A stretch of DNA of 64,000 nt from an uncultured Bacilli bacterium (GCA_947628435.1 CANQZW010000004.1:2087-66086), one strand, 5' to 3'; counted from the stretch's first letter, positions 22,801 through 32,845 are shown. Numbers and translations are program-made. Notes: generated by a model not told the origin, from the letters alone.

Positions 22801-24455
22801 CAAGTTTTATTTTCACCATCTATCTTTATAATAGGAGTATTAAGTTTTGAATTAATTGCAACATTAACAGAATCTGCTGTTAACGTTTGAACTTTAGTAT
22901 AAGGTGTTTTTTCAACAACGTTTATAGTTCTAGTTAAAGTAACATCTTGATTAGAAGAATCTAAAATAGTATACGTTACTGTGTATTGGCCAATAGAATT
23001 TACATCTATCTCTTCAAGTTTTTCATCAGAATCTTTCTTTGAAATAGTAGTTTTATAATCCGTATAACTTCTATCGTTTTTTAGTAGTCCTTGTTCACTA
23101 TAAGCAGTTCCCTTTACCAACATTATATTCTTATTACCATTTAACTTATATATATCGTTATTTAAACTTACGGTAGTTCTATCAACAACTTCTATCTCTC
23201 TTTTAAGTGTTACTTTACCTGTTGATGTAGAATACTCATAAATTACAGTATGCTTACCATTTTCTTTTGTTATGTTCTTTTCTTGGATGATATTACCCTT
23301 TGCATCCGTTATTTTTCTTATGCATTCATTACTTAACTCCGTACATATTGGTGCGGCATTTAAAGAAGTTGAAATGCCATATTCAGTATATACTTCACCA
23401 TTTTCTAAAGTGATTTTTTTATCTCCAAGCAAATACAATTCTGGACTGCTTTTTTCATTGATGTTTTGAGCTGTATTAATTTTTAATTTTGGTGTAGAAA
23501 GCGCACTTTCAGAAACTTGATTTTCATTTTTAGTTAAACTCTCAACCGTACCCGAATCATATACAAAATCATTTATAGAATTATATTGGAAATAATTCCC
23601 GGAATTATATTCATAATCCTTTTTATAATGGGGCATTTTTTCTAAAAGATTAGTTTTTTTATCGTATAATCCAAAATACTTTTCTTCTGTTGCTAATTCT
23701 ATTTCAGATTCTACATTATCTACAGTTTGAGTAGCTTGTAATGTTAGCGTAGGATCTGGATTAAAATAAAGACCTTCTAAACTATTTGCTCCATTAAGCT
23801 CGGATTTATTAAATCCTAGTACAATACCAAACGGAGCTAAACGTCCATTTGGATAATCATCAGTTTTATAAGCTTTACCCGAAACGATCTTTGGAGTTAA
23901 GGTAACTTCTTTACTTTCGATTGTAACTTCTGGAACAGAATCTAAATTATTATCTCCCGATTTTATTGTAGGCTTTATTTTTGTTTGGTTCGCAATGTTT
24001 CCGACTTTTAAATATAATTGTCTCGTTAAGGTACTACCAGATTCATTATCATAAATAATAACATCAACTTTTTTACCGTCTTCTGACACATCATAAAAAG
24101 CAGTAGGATCAGATGTTTCCCAGTAGGCATCTATACTCTTATCTATTTCTGCTGTTATTTTAACAGCGGGAGTTTCTGCTGTATAAGATACTTCATATAT
24201 GATTGTACTAAAACTTTTTACAGTTTCAACAGATTCAGTTGATTCCGCGTTTTTTACCGCAACCGATGTTAAAGTAGCAACACCTGGCTCATCATCTTCT
24301 GCAAATACAACTAATGCTACTATACATGAAATAATAAATATTCCAATAAATAATGATATAAATTTATGTTCTTTAATAAAATTGGTTATTCTTATTCTTT
24401 GAATAACAAACCAATCTTTTAACTTTGTTTTAAAATCGTCTGTTTTAGTTTTCAT
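19797..24455 (-). CDS. 1552-aa N-terminally anchored surface protein with Ig-like (DUF5011-type) repeats, an SdrD-B-like domain, an embedded dockerin-like EF-hand pair and a DUF11-like C-terminus
   Basis: Start at the ATG at 24455 after the SD GGGAGG. TM segment FISLFIGIFIISCIVALVVF. SdrD-B-like motif GNVWEDFDANG...GNYYVTAEY. Dockerin-like GDVNLDNDISVTDF / ADVNQDGKINTVDA (20424-20591). DUF11-like ...VVYTIELENIGYYPGYIYTVKDYIPDGMTF. The stop overlaps the next start (ATGAATAA). Confidence 0.7.
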   Translation of the reverse strand: MKTKTDDFKTKLKDWFVIQRIRITNFIKEHKFISLFIGIFIISCIVALVVFAEDDEPGVATLTSVAVKNAESTESVETVKSFSTIIYEVSYTAETPAVKITAEIDKSIDAYWETSDPTAFYDVSEDGKKVDVIIYDNESGSTLTRQLYLKVGNIANQTKIKPTIKSGDNNLDSVPEVTIESKEVTLTPKIVSGKAYKTDDYPNGRLAPFGIVLGFNKSELNGANSLEGLYFNPDPTLTLQATQTVDNVESEIELATEEKYFGLYDKKTNLLEKMPHYKKDYEYNSGNYFQYNSINDFVYDSGTVESLTKNENQVSESALSTPKLKINTAQNINEKSSPELYLLGDKKITLENGEVYTEYGISTSLNAAPICTELSNECIRKITDAKGNIIQEKNITKENGKHTVIYEYSTSTGKVTLKREIEVVDRTTVSLNNDIYKLNGNKNIMLVKGTAYSEQGLLKNDRSYTDYKTTISKKDSDEKLEEIDVNSIGQYTVTYTILDSSNQDVTLTRTINVVEKTPYTKVQTLTADSVNVAINSKLNTPIIKIDGENKTCNDQNNCTVKYYNVSSNKETTINSSNIGTYNALYKINDENGFEVEVVNTVNVKTTYSLVIKGIKTDGTINLYGNDFVALGSYFVTAQSPRNDSKDDISVKLKIGDVTSDPVINPLFSTGTVTNELTINTEEDGTIRKLQDNSYLSFGEEAIVRSRISYSSEADADIKNLSVEVPISRGTFAFGNQTPVFTMVEYSGDVESPTPYYINEEYKDKIKVTYTVCQVEQNGSSCVNGTTATYDSFEKANEQLNGDKVIAHLTYTIDSVSPGSNIDFRVRVLTNVGNKGVQVSLDSKFSYVNGRLFAGNSSTSVKITPFKARTKVYVEGSEINAIIDGANTNTSQISIYPSVSMPAALINTSAVKIKDLKNVTITVTLPDGVNYIYNENYILPKVSGKTLTYTLTGKQINEWIDSIVFDISYDINIKSHTDLPIKVVIQATSSDGITDSSPEDLRTTTRNINYINSEAISFSQYALKPTIPKNTAFETSIKLYNNDSSNVTHSNMEIITVLPYNDVENEEDNYTGTYTLSDLPSNAFCTTSPSAIVSDASKLANASEITWDDCSKYKNDNYLEVTAVKVSNINLEASKTYEQKIKINPKSNKSGDKYTINSYLILQEEEKIVKNIRPIDVEVISKRITGNVWEDFDANGMMDSSEKKVAGVTLGLYNADTQELIKTTVSDEKGNYVLADLNPGNYYVTAEYNTAKYGVSPYRVIPDKSFTSSFRVMYGKAIIDEVTKVSYSLGDVNLDNDISVTDFKLIMNYISEKVEFTELQKKLADVNQDGKINTVDATWIMQIVANTKEETIVTEELDDGIDKEIDVGEFNLKTDNIEITDDTRTVSNINLGLTLRKEYSVKLTKYITKAITTNQLGVSTIKDYGNSKLAKLDVKDINNLNIKVVYTIELENIGYYPGYIYTVKDYIPDGMTFNEEYEENKGWVLNEDGYVENSTLFDQLVKGGEKKYLTIAFDITRKEAGSFVNYAAVDDEDLQILVVAKNSSNTEEGDNNE

Positions 24456-24526
24456 AGCATAAACCTCCCATTCTAGTCTATACATATTAATTTAACCATA
24501 AATACGAATAAAAATCAATAAACGCA

Positions 24527-24555
24527 CAAAAAAAAAGTTCATACTTTATGAACTT
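24527..24555 (-). terminator. rho-independent terminator of veg
   Basis: Minus-strand sequence is AAGTTCATA-aag-TATGAACTT followed by TTTTTTTT. The hairpin includes the veg stop codon. Confidence 0.7.
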
Positions 24556-24752
24556 ATTATAACAGTATTAATTAAAATGTCCGTATATCCAAAGCTTTTT
24601 ACATCAGTATCGGTTTTAAGTGTCCAAATATTTTTATACGTATTTAGTATTATTCCTTCATATGTTTCACTTTTATTTCTACCTACATCAACAAAAACTT
24701 TTACTTTTTTACCCTTAAGATTAATAATTTTCTTTTTTATTTCGTTTATCAT
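24546..24752 (-). CDS. veg: Veg (DUF1021) protein
   Basis: 68 aa. GRNKSETYEGIILNTYKNIW...FGYTDIL resembles Bacillus Veg. yabG-veg synteny. Confidence 0.8.
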   Translation of the reverse strand: MINEIKKKIINLKGKKVKVFVDVGRNKSETYEGIILNTYKNIWTLKTDTDVKSFGYTDILINTVIISS

Positions 24753-24761
24753 TGATTCACC

Positions 24762-25511
24762 CTATCTCGGATATCCCGTTGTCATAACACCCCTTGTGTT
24801 AACACCACCAATACCATTTTTGCCATTGCTTGTCTTTTCTAAAAGCGTTAATAAATCTACGTTTTTATTTTTATCTGACAAACTAAGAGATAATGCAATA
24901 ATTGCGGGGTCTAATGCATGAATATTTATTTTCTTTGGACTTGATGCAAAATTTGCACCTGCTTTAATTAATCTTTCATAATCTGATTGGCAAGCTCCTG
25001 CAATTATTATTAATTTATCATAATCCTTTTGATATTTTCTACATACTTTTACGGCATCTGAAAAATACTTTGAATTCTTTTTAATTTCCGAATCATGACC
25101 AGTTATAACAACAATATCAGGATTAATATCTTCTAAATACTTTTCAATATTTTGAGCCATTTCATTTTCTGGGGAATAAACCCCAAACGCTAAAACATTT
25201 GCTTTCTTATAAAAATCTAAACACCTATTTAAATATTCTTTGTCTCCATCAATATGAAGAATTTTACCTGGAATATAAAAATAATCGCTTCTTTCAAAGT
25301 TCCTTATTGATTCTAACTTCTCATAAAACTTTCTATCATCATCGTCATTACTATTTTTTTGCACTAATATTAAATCATTTACACTACTATCCGCACATAA
25401 TCTTACATTTACTCCTTTTAAATATGCAACTTGATCAATTATTTTTTCTATTTTAAAAACAACATCATTTTCATGCGATATTCTAGTAACTAAATCTCCT
25501 ACTTTAAACAT
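24762..25511 (-). CDS. yabG: sporulation-specific protease YabG
   Basis: 249 aa from MFKVGDLVTR. Contains PGKILHIDGD, VVITGHD, IIAGACQS, RLIKAGANFASSP and NIHALDP, matching Bacillus YabG along its length. Confidence 0.85.
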   Translation of the reverse strand: MFKVGDLVTRISHENDVVFKIEKIIDQVAYLKGVNVRLCADSSVNDLILVQKNSNDDDDRKFYEKLESIRNFERSDYFYIPGKILHIDGDKEYLNRCLDFYKKANVLAFGVYSPENEMAQNIEKYLEDINPDIVVITGHDSEIKKNSKYFSDAVKVCRKYQKDYDKLIIIAGACQSDYERLIKAGANFASSPKKINIHALDPAIIALSLSLSDKNKNVDLLTLLEKTSNGKNGIGGVNTRGVMTTGYPR

Positions 25512-25649
25512 TGTTATCACCCAATTAAATATATGCAAAAAAAAACTAAACATTCTATCGTTTAGCATTTCAATTTATGTTTAAATTAATAATAATTTTA
25601 TTTTCTAAATCAGATTAAATAACATCAAATGAGATAAAAGAATTACTAT

Positions 25650-26351
25650 CTATTCATTAATAACACTAAAACTTATTATAGAAGTTTTCTTAACAAATAG
25701 TTTTTTATTTTCTTTGGCGGTAATAGTTATAAAATATTCACCTTTTTTATTTATGTATTTAGTAATATCATTAATCATTTTGCCTTCATATAAAGTTTTA
25801 CTATTCTTATTATCAAAGATTTCAATTTCTTTATTTTCTATATCTTTAACTTGTTTTCTTCCTTTATACTTTTTATTTAAATTTATACACTTTTCCATAT
25901 TTTTATTTTCATATTTAGGATAGCAATCATAGACTATAATATCTAATTTATATGCTTTTTTTTCAAAATTATTAATAATAAAATCTTTTTCCATTGATTT
26001 GGTTAAAGCGTTATTTGTATTACTAAGTGATAAATATAAGAGAAATGGGATAATCGTTATTTTTTCTCTTTTTTCTCCACCTTTTAGCACAACTTTATCA
26101 TTTAATTGTATTTTATAAAATCTATTATCATAATAATGATATCCTAAATTAATTATAATTGGACCAAAAATAATTCTTAATAATAATATAATTATTATAA
26201 TTATTGATACTATCATTAAAAATTTCTTTTTCTGTTTCTTTTTAAAGTGCATCTCTTCTTGCTGAAACGCCATACTTTCCATTTGTGCTTGTAATTTTCT
26301 TTTTTCCAATTCCTCTTTTGTTAGTATTTCGCCTATTTTATATTCACTCAT
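25650..26351 (-). CDS. hypothetical single-pass membrane protein
   Basis: 233 aa. One TM segment (FLMIVSIIIIIILLLRIIFGPIII). No recognisable motif. Confidence 0.5.
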   Translation of the reverse strand: MSEYKIGEILTKEELEKRKLQAQMESMAFQQEEMHFKKKQKKKFLMIVSIIIIIILLLRIIFGPIIINLGYHYYDNRFYKIQLNDKVVLKGGEKREKITIIPFLLYLSLSNTNNALTKSMEKDFIINNFEKKAYKLDIIVYDCYPKYENKNMEKCINLNKKYKGRKQVKDIENKEIEIFDNKNSKTLYEGKMINDITKYINKKGEYFITITAKENKKLFVKKTSIISFSVINE

Positions 26352-26365
26352 AAATACTCCTATTT

Positions 26366-27190
26366 TTATTTTTTCTTACTTAACTCGTTCGAAATTTTAA
26401 CAAATTCCTCTATTGTTATATTTTCCGCTCTTTCATTTATATCTTTATTAAATGTTTTTAATATGTTATTAACCTTATTTAAATCGTAGTTTGATAAATT
26501 GTTTTTTAGAGTTTTTCTTTTTTGTGTAAAGGCTGATTTAACAAGTTTAAAGAAATGTTCTTCGTTATTTAACTTTAACTTATCTTTCTTTTTATTAAAA
26601 ACTACTATGGCTGAATCAACATTTGGTTTTGGATAAAAGACATTTTTAGATACGGTAAAAGCTTTTTTTACATCAAAATAGTAATTTAAAAAAATAGTCA
26701 AAGAATTATAACTTTTTGTTCCTGGTATAGCAGAAAATCTATCCGCAACTTCATTTTGCACCATAACAATTATTTTTTCTACATCTATTTTTTGTTTAAT
26801 AAAGCTAGTTATTATAGGCGTTGTAATATAATAAGGTAAATTTGCAATAACCATTATTCTTTTAAAATCATATTTTTTTATGTCTTCTTTTATGTTTCTT
26901 TTTAAAAAATCATCATAAATTATATTAACATTATCATATTTATTTAAAACCTCATCTAAAACCGGTTTTAATGTTTTATCTATTTCATAACCAATGACAT
27001 ATGCATTTTTTTCACATATTTTTTTTGTTAAAGCTGCTGCTCCAACACCTATTTCTATAACAAGAGTATCTTTATTTGCACCACTTAGTGACACGATATT
27101 ATCTAAGATATTTTGATCAAGCAAAAAGTTTTGTCCAAATTTCTTTTTGAAAACAAAGTTATTTTTATTTAAAATCTCTTTAACATTCAT
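26366..27190 (-). CDS. rsmA: 16S rRNA (adenine1518/1519-N6)-dimethyltransferase
   Basis: 274 aa. KKFGQNFL and IEIGVGAAALT SAM motifs, plus NLPYYITTPI. Confidence 0.93.
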   Translation of the reverse strand: MNVKEILNKNNFVFKKKFGQNFLLDQNILDNIVSLSGANKDTLVIEIGVGAAALTKKICEKNAYVIGYEIDKTLKPVLDEVLNKYDNVNIIYDDFLKRNIKEDIKKYDFKRIMVIANLPYYITTPIITSFIKQKIDVEKIIVMVQNEVADRFSAIPGTKSYNSLTIFLNYYFDVKKAFTVSKNVFYPKPNVDSAIVVFNKKKDKLKLNNEEHFFKLVKSAFTQKRKTLKNNLSNYDLNKVNNILKTFNKDINERAENITIEEFVKISNELSKKK

Positions 27191-27257
27191 AAACTCACCT
27201 AAACATTAAAAAACAAATAAAATATTTTATTTGTTTTTATTTTAACATAAATTTAAA

Positions 27258-27863
27258 TTATCTCCAATTAACCGCAACATCTATTTGTGTTGGGTTTTTC
27301 TTTGCAAAGCCACCAGTATCACAAACTATTGCATATCCTAAAGAGCTTTCTAAAATCGTACCTTTAGGTCTTAATTCATAATTTGCTGCGACCATTACAT
27401 AGTTTCCTAACATTTTAACTCCATCTTCACGAACCCAATATGGATATTCTGTTTCTGAATAACCTGCACGTCTCATGGCATTAACTACTTTTGTCATATT
27501 TAGGTTATAATATGTCTCTTTACCAGAAGGACCTATTATTACACCTTTACTTCTTGATAATTTTTCACCTGTCCAACTACCCTTAAGCACAGTAGTAGTA
27601 GGAACCGTTGTTGTAATTACTTTTTGCGTAGTTGTAACTGCGGTTGTTGTTGTAACTTCTTCTTGCACATTATTTGTGTAAGCTAAAGAAGCAGTTGCAA
27701 CATAATTATTAGGATCAAACGTTTTTTTAGTGGTAGAAACAGTAATTACATCTCCACCTTCAGCAGAAAATAATATTCCTGCTTTTGAAAAACCAATAAA
27801 TGCTATTAAAAAAACCACAAGGATTAATAATGCACCCTTAATTTTTCTATTTAAATGTTTCAC
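27258..27863 (-). CDS. secreted 3D-domain (MltA/RlpA-like barrel) protein, YabE-position
   Basis: 201 aa. Signal anchor, Thr/Val-rich linker, and C-terminal RPKGTILESSLGYAIVCDTGGFAKKNPTQIDV resembling a 3D domain. Lies between tatD and rsmA, like Bacillus yabE. Confidence 0.5.
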   Translation of the reverse strand: MKHLNRKIKGALLILVVFLIAFIGFSKAGILFSAEGGDVITVSTTKKTFDPNNYVATASLAYTNNVQEEVTTTTAVTTTQKVITTTVPTTTVLKGSWTGEKLSRSKGVIIGPSGKETYYNLNMTKVVNAMRRAGYSETEYPYWVREDGVKMLGNYVMVAANYELRPKGTILESSLGYAIVCDTGGFAKKNPTQIDVAVNWR

Positions 27864-27920
27864 TTTTTCACCTCATAACCCAATACACACGGGTTGTTAT
27901 TAATAATATCATAAATGGTA

Positions 27921-28673
27921 CTACAAGTCAAATTTTGAAGAAACATTATTCCCTGTTATGTCAATAACCTCATCTTCTTTTATTTGTTTTATTTGTGCTA
28001 TTTTTTTTGCAACTAAATTAATATTAGAAGGACTATTTGTTTTTCCTCTATAAGGTTCTGGCGATAAATAAGGACTATCTGTTTCTAAAGAAAAATTACT
28101 TAAATCAATTTCTTTTACAACACCAGTTAACTCTTTAGCATTTTTAAAAGTAATTACCCCTCCTATTCCTAATAAAAAACCTAATTTAATAAATTTATGG
28201 GCCATTTCTATGCTACCTGAATAGCAATGTAATATCCCTTTAATATTATATTCTTTTAATAAATTATATGTGTCTAAAAACGCCTTTCTACAATGTACTA
28301 TTACTGGCAGTTTGTTTTCTTTAGCTATTTTAAGCATATTTTTAAAAACATATATTTGTTTATCTTTATTATCTTTAGTCCAATAATAATCTAAACCAAT
28401 TTCACCTACTGCTACTACTTTCTTTAATTTTGATAATTCGTTTATTTTATCAATAAACGATTCTTTTAAATCATCAATGTTTTCTGGACCAATTCCGACA
28501 GCAGCATATACGTTTTCATACTTATTAGCCAAAGCAACAGCCTCAATACTACTTTCTAAATCATATCCGTTTATAATAAGTTTATCAACCCCAGATTTAA
28601 AGCTTTCTTTTATTACCTTATCTGGATTAGAATATTCGTTTTTTAAGATATGACAATGTGAATCTATTAACAT
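27921..28673 (-). CDS. tatD: TatD family metal-dependent hydrolase
   Basis: 250 aa. Contains MLIDSHCH, GEIGLDY, VIVHCR, HCYSG and ETDSPYL. Confidence 0.9.
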   Translation of the reverse strand: MLIDSHCHILKNEYSNPDKVIKESFKSGVDKLIINGYDLESSIEAVALANKYENVYAAVGIGPENIDDLKESFIDKINELSKLKKVVAVGEIGLDYYWTKDNKDKQIYVFKNMLKIAKENKLPVIVHCRKAFLDTYNLLKEYNIKGILHCYSGSIEMAHKFIKLGFLLGIGGVITFKNAKELTGVVKEIDLSNFSLETDSPYLSPEPYRGKTNSPSNINLVAKKIAQIKQIKEDEVIDITGNNVSSKFDL

Positions 28674-28700
28674 ATTATTACCACCAAAAAAATTATATCA

Positions 28701-28883
28701 TTAATGATATAATTTAATAAATAAAAATTTTATAAATAAAATAAATACTACCACAAAATATATTGCATCTTTTAATAACCTGCTATCAAGATATATAAAA
28801 CCTATTAATAATAACAAACTAATAAAAAATAAAACTTTAAGTATAAAACCCTTTTTTTCTTTCGTTAACACGTTATGGTGCAT
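28701..28883 (-). CDS. hypothetical small membrane protein (60 aa; start uncertain)
   Basis: ORF 28701-28991. The most plausible start is the ATG at 28883 after AGGAAG. Two predicted TM segments. Confidence 0.35.
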   Translation of the reverse strand: MHHNVLTKEKKGFILKVLFFISLLLLIGFIYLDSRLLKDAIYFVVVFILFIKFLFIKLYH

Positions 28884-29007
28884 ACATTTTCTTCCTTTCA
28901 TAGGATTTTTACTGCATTCACAACGATAAAAATATAACATATAAGACTTTATGTGTAAATATTTTAGACAATTAATTTTATAATTAGACAAAATTTTACA
29001 TTGTTAA

Positions 29008-29502
29008 TTATATGGTTTCAAAGTAACTTTCAAAAAAAGATAAAGCAAATTTTATAAGTTCTTCGTTTTTGTTATCCATTTTTTCTATTATAAAATATCC
29101 TGCTAAATCTCCATTTGGAGATATCGGTAATATATTAAATGGATTTATTAGTTTATAATCCTTTGTTAAATAATGATTAAGTTTAAAATTATTGAAATTA
29201 TTATCAAATTCATTTGATAATTTTTGAGATAACATGTCATCTAAATTTGAAAAAACAATTTCATCTAAATTCGTAACAAAGATATTAGAATTTAATTTAT
29301 CTGATAAGGTTTTAACAAATAAGTTTATAAATTCCTCGTTTTTATCTATTATAGTATGTTTTTTTAATGATATTGTTTCTTTATCGCTTAAAAAGATTTC
29401 TAATAATTCTCCAGATTTAATATGCATATTTTTTCTTAATTCTTTAGGTATTACAACACGTCCTAATTCATCTATTCTTCTTGTTATTCCAGTAGTTTTC
29501 AT
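29008..29502 (-). CDS. spoVT: AbrB-family transcriptional regulator SpoVT
   Basis: 164 aa from MKTTGITRRIDELGRVVIPKELRKNMHIKSGE (SpoVT-AbrB swapped hairpin), plus a C-terminal GAF-like half. Directly downstream of mfd, as in Bacillus. Confidence 0.85.
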   Translation of the reverse strand: MKTTGITRRIDELGRVVIPKELRKNMHIKSGELLEIFLSDKETISLKKHTIIDKNEEFINLFVKTLSDKLNSNIFVTNLDEIVFSNLDDMLSQKLSNEFDNNFNNFKLNHYLTKDYKLINPFNILPISPNGDLAGYFIIEKMDNKNEELIKFALSFFESYFETI

Positions 29503-29545
29503 ACATTTCTTCCCTTCTTTTTTAGAATGTATAAATCTACTATTT

Positions 29546-32500
29546 TTATTCAATAATATCAATCATTTTTATCAAATAATAAAGAAAGTGTTCTTTTAAA
29601 TTCTTCGTTACCAGCTCTATTTTTAACATATCATTTATGTATTTAACCTCAAAATTACTACTAATTTTAAATAATTTTGTTAATAGTTTTGCTCCATTTT
29701 GTCTTTTTGATACTTCACTTTTAAAATAAATAATTATCTTATCTTTTATTTGTTCTACTTTAAATACACCTTTTTGTTTTGCTTTTGTTTGAAATAATTC
29801 TTCTAACATATAGATTATTATATTTTCATCTAACAAACCAAAACGATCTGTTAATTCTTCTTTTACTCTTATAAAATCATCAAAATCATTAATTGTGTTA
29901 ATTTTTTTATGAATTTCTATTTTTAAATCTTCACTATCTGCATACTTATCACTTATATGAGTAGAAACACTAATAAAAGCTTTTTCATCGGGTTTTACCT
30001 CTTCAGTCTCATAATCATTATTAGTTTTTAATTTTTCTACTTCTTCGTTTAAAATTTTTAAATACATATCATAACCAACCGTATCAATAAAACCAGACTG
30101 TTCTGCTCCTAAAATATCGCCTGCTCCTCTTATTGAAAGATCTCTTATTGCTAAAGCATAACCACTACCTAATTCAGTAAATTCTTTTATGGCATTTAAT
30201 CTTTTTACGGCAATTTCATTTAGCTCTTTATTTTTATTATACATTAAATAAGCATATGCTATATTTTTACCACGACCAATTCTTCCTCTTATCTGATATA
30301 ACTGGCTTAAGCCAAAATAATCTGCATCCAATACTATTAACGTATTTGCGTTTTCAATATCTATACCTGTTTCAATTATCGTAGTACATACTAAAACATC
30401 ATATTTTTTATCGATAAAACTATCCATGGTTTTTTGTATTTGTTCTTTATTCATTTGACCATGGATATAAGTTACCTTTGCCTCTGGAACTAATTGTTCT
30501 ATTTTAATAACTTTATCTTGAATTTTTGATACGTTATTATAAAGAATAAAAACTTGTCCATCACGAGCCATTTCTTTATAAATAGCATCTTTTATAACCT
30601 GATTACTTTCCCTTAATACATAAGTTTGTATCGGATACCTAAATGCCGGTGGAGTTTCTATAAGTGATAATCCTCTTACACCCGTTAAAGACATTTGAAG
30701 AGTTCTTGGAATTGGTGTTGCAGAAAGTGTTAACACATCAATATTTTCCTTATATTTTTTTATTTTTTCTTTATGAGTAACACCAAATCTTTGTTCTTCA
30801 TCAATTACTAAAAGACCTAAATCTTTATATTTAACATCACTACTTAACAACCTATGAGTTCCTATTATCAAATCTATTTTACCATTTTGTAAATCTTCTA
30901 AAATGTCTTTTGTCTGCTTAGATTTAACGAATCTGTTTAATACTGCTATATTAACTCCAAACCCATAAAACCTTTCTTTCGCATTATCATAATGTTGTTT
31001 TGATAATATGGTAGTTGGACACAAAAATGCTACTTGCTTACCTGATTTAATAGCTTTATAAATTGCTCGAAATGCTACCTCGGTTTTTCCATACCCAACA
31101 TCACCACATAATAATCTATCCATTGGATAAGGTTTTTGCATATCCTCTTTTATTTCCTTTATTGCCTTTATCTGATCAGGTGTTTCATCATATTCAAAAT
31201 TATTTTCAAATATTTCCTGCTCTTCATCATCCTTTAAAAATGCAAAACCTTTTGAAATTTTTCTTTTAACAGATATATCTAATAATTCTTTTGCAATATC
31301 TTTAACCCTTTTTCTAACACGTGCTTTTTGCTTTGACCACTCTGTACTTCCTAATTTATTTAACTTTGGTTTAATACCCTCATTAGAAGAATATTTACTT
31401 ATGTATTCTATTTTTTCAACAGGTATGTATAATCGGTCATTATCCTTGTACTCAACGTGTAAAAAATCTTTTTTTAAACCCTTTACATCTAAAGTAATAA
31501 TTCCTAAGTAACGTCCTATTCCATGGTAAGAGTGAACAACATAATCACCAGGATTTAATTTGTTTATATCTTTTATTTTAGAACCATACTTAAATTTACT
31601 TTTATAAGAAGTTTTGTTACTAGATTTATATAATTCTGTTTTAGATAAAAACACGTATTGATTTAATATAAAGCCCTCTGGTATATCTTTTTTAATAATA
31701 TTTATTACGTCATTTTTTAAATCATTTTCTAAAGTAATAACTACTTTATCGTTTACTTTGCTTATAAAATCATCAATTAATTTTTTTTCTTTTAAACAAA
31801 CAATAACTTTTTTTCCACACCTTAACATATTAGAAATAAAATTATTTATTCTATTAAAATTACTATTATATTTTTCTATCAAAGAAGAAGAATAATTTTC
31901 AATAATCTTATTTTTATCGTAATAATTATCAACTGATAAAATATTTATATATTTATCTGGAATTAAATCATTTAAATCATACATATAATTATCTATATTA
32001 AATGAATCTGTTTGTTTAAACTCTGTTACTTCTTCCATGATTTTAGTATATCCTAAAAAAATTGCATCTAAATCTATAAATAACTGACATGAGTCTAAAA
32101 TATATTGTGATAAACTAGATACTTTGTTAACTACTTTTGGAAGAAGGCTTTGTCTTTTAGGTATGTTAGCTATATTTTTCTCATTTATAAACTCAGTAAA
32201 TGGCATTATTTTTATTTGATCTATATTTTTTATTGACAGCTGCGATGTTGCATCAAATTCTCTTATGCTTTCTATTAGATCATCAAAGAATTCTATTCTA
32301 ATAGGATTATCATAACCATATGGATATATATCTAATATGTATCCTCTGTTTGAAAACTCTCCAGACTTAGTTACAATACTTTCTTTTTCATAACCAAGCA
32401 TTAATAATTTATTTAATAAATCTTCTCTTTTTATAGCTTCTTTTGTTTTTAAATTAATATTTAGACTTTTCCACAAATCCTTACTTGGTAAAAATCTTAA

Positions 32501-32845
32501 ATATCCCATTAAATTAGTAATAACTATTTTTTTATTATTTGTACAAGTTAATTCGTTTAAAGTTTCTACTCTTTTTACCATTAAATCAGGTGATAAGGCA
32601 AGTGCCTCACTTGTAATAAAATCATCCGTTGGAAATAATAATACGTCATTAAAACCATAAAAGGTAAGATATTTATATAAATTATTTGCCTCATATAAAG
32701 TGTTTGTAACTACTAAAATATTTTTTTTTAAAGCACTAAAAAGATTCCAAACATACTCTGCTTGGACTACTTTGTTAAGACCTGTAACTACAACGGGTGA
32801 ATCAGTATTAACAATCTTGTTTTTAAATATTTTTTCTAGCATCAT
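29546..32845 (-). CDS. mfd: transcription-repair coupling factor
   Basis: 1099 aa. CarD-like GDYVVHSYHGIGRY. Helicase motifs LLCGDVGYGKTEVA, DEEQRFG, LTLSATPIPRT and QLYQIRGRIGRG. Confidence 0.97.
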   Translation of the reverse strand: MMLEKIFKNKIVNTDSPVVVTGLNKVVQAEYVWNLFSALKKNILVVTNTLYEANNLYKYLTFYGFNDVLLFPTDDFITSEALALSPDLMVKRVETLNELTCTNNKKIVITNLMGYLRFLPSKDLWKSLNINLKTKEAIKREDLLNKLLMLGYEKESIVTKSGEFSNRGYILDIYPYGYDNPIRIEFFDDLIESIREFDATSQLSIKNIDQIKIMPFTEFINEKNIANIPKRQSLLPKVVNKVSSLSQYILDSCQLFIDLDAIFLGYTKIMEEVTEFKQTDSFNIDNYMYDLNDLIPDKYINILSVDNYYDKNKIIENYSSSLIEKYNSNFNRINNFISNMLRCGKKVIVCLKEKKLIDDFISKVNDKVVITLENDLKNDVINIIKKDIPEGFILNQYVFLSKTELYKSSNKTSYKSKFKYGSKIKDINKLNPGDYVVHSYHGIGRYLGIITLDVKGLKKDFLHVEYKDNDRLYIPVEKIEYISKYSSNEGIKPKLNKLGSTEWSKQKARVRKRVKDIAKELLDISVKRKISKGFAFLKDDEEQEIFENNFEYDETPDQIKAIKEIKEDMQKPYPMDRLLCGDVGYGKTEVAFRAIYKAIKSGKQVAFLCPTTILSKQHYDNAKERFYGFGVNIAVLNRFVKSKQTKDILEDLQNGKIDLIIGTHRLLSSDVKYKDLGLLVIDEEQRFGVTHKEKIKKYKENIDVLTLSATPIPRTLQMSLTGVRGLSLIETPPAFRYPIQTYVLRESNQVIKDAIYKEMARDGQVFILYNNVSKIQDKVIKIEQLVPEAKVTYIHGQMNKEQIQKTMDSFIDKKYDVLVCTTIIETGIDIENANTLIVLDADYFGLSQLYQIRGRIGRGKNIAYAYLMYNKNKELNEIAVKRLNAIKEFTELGSGYALAIRDLSIRGAGDILGAEQSGFIDTVGYDMYLKILNEEVEKLKTNNDYETEEVKPDEKAFISVSTHISDKYADSEDLKIEIHKKINTINDFDDFIRVKEELTDRFGLLDENIIIYMLEELFQTKAKQKGVFKVEQIKDKIIIYFKSEVSKRQNGAKLLTKLFKISSNFEVKYINDMLKIELVTKNLKEHFLYYLIKMIDIIE

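Noticed and set aside
24665-24672. An isolated parS half-site TGTTTCAC inside veg.
   Set aside because: The second arm is absent (it is followed by TTTTATTT). An 8-mer is expected by chance in 64 kb.
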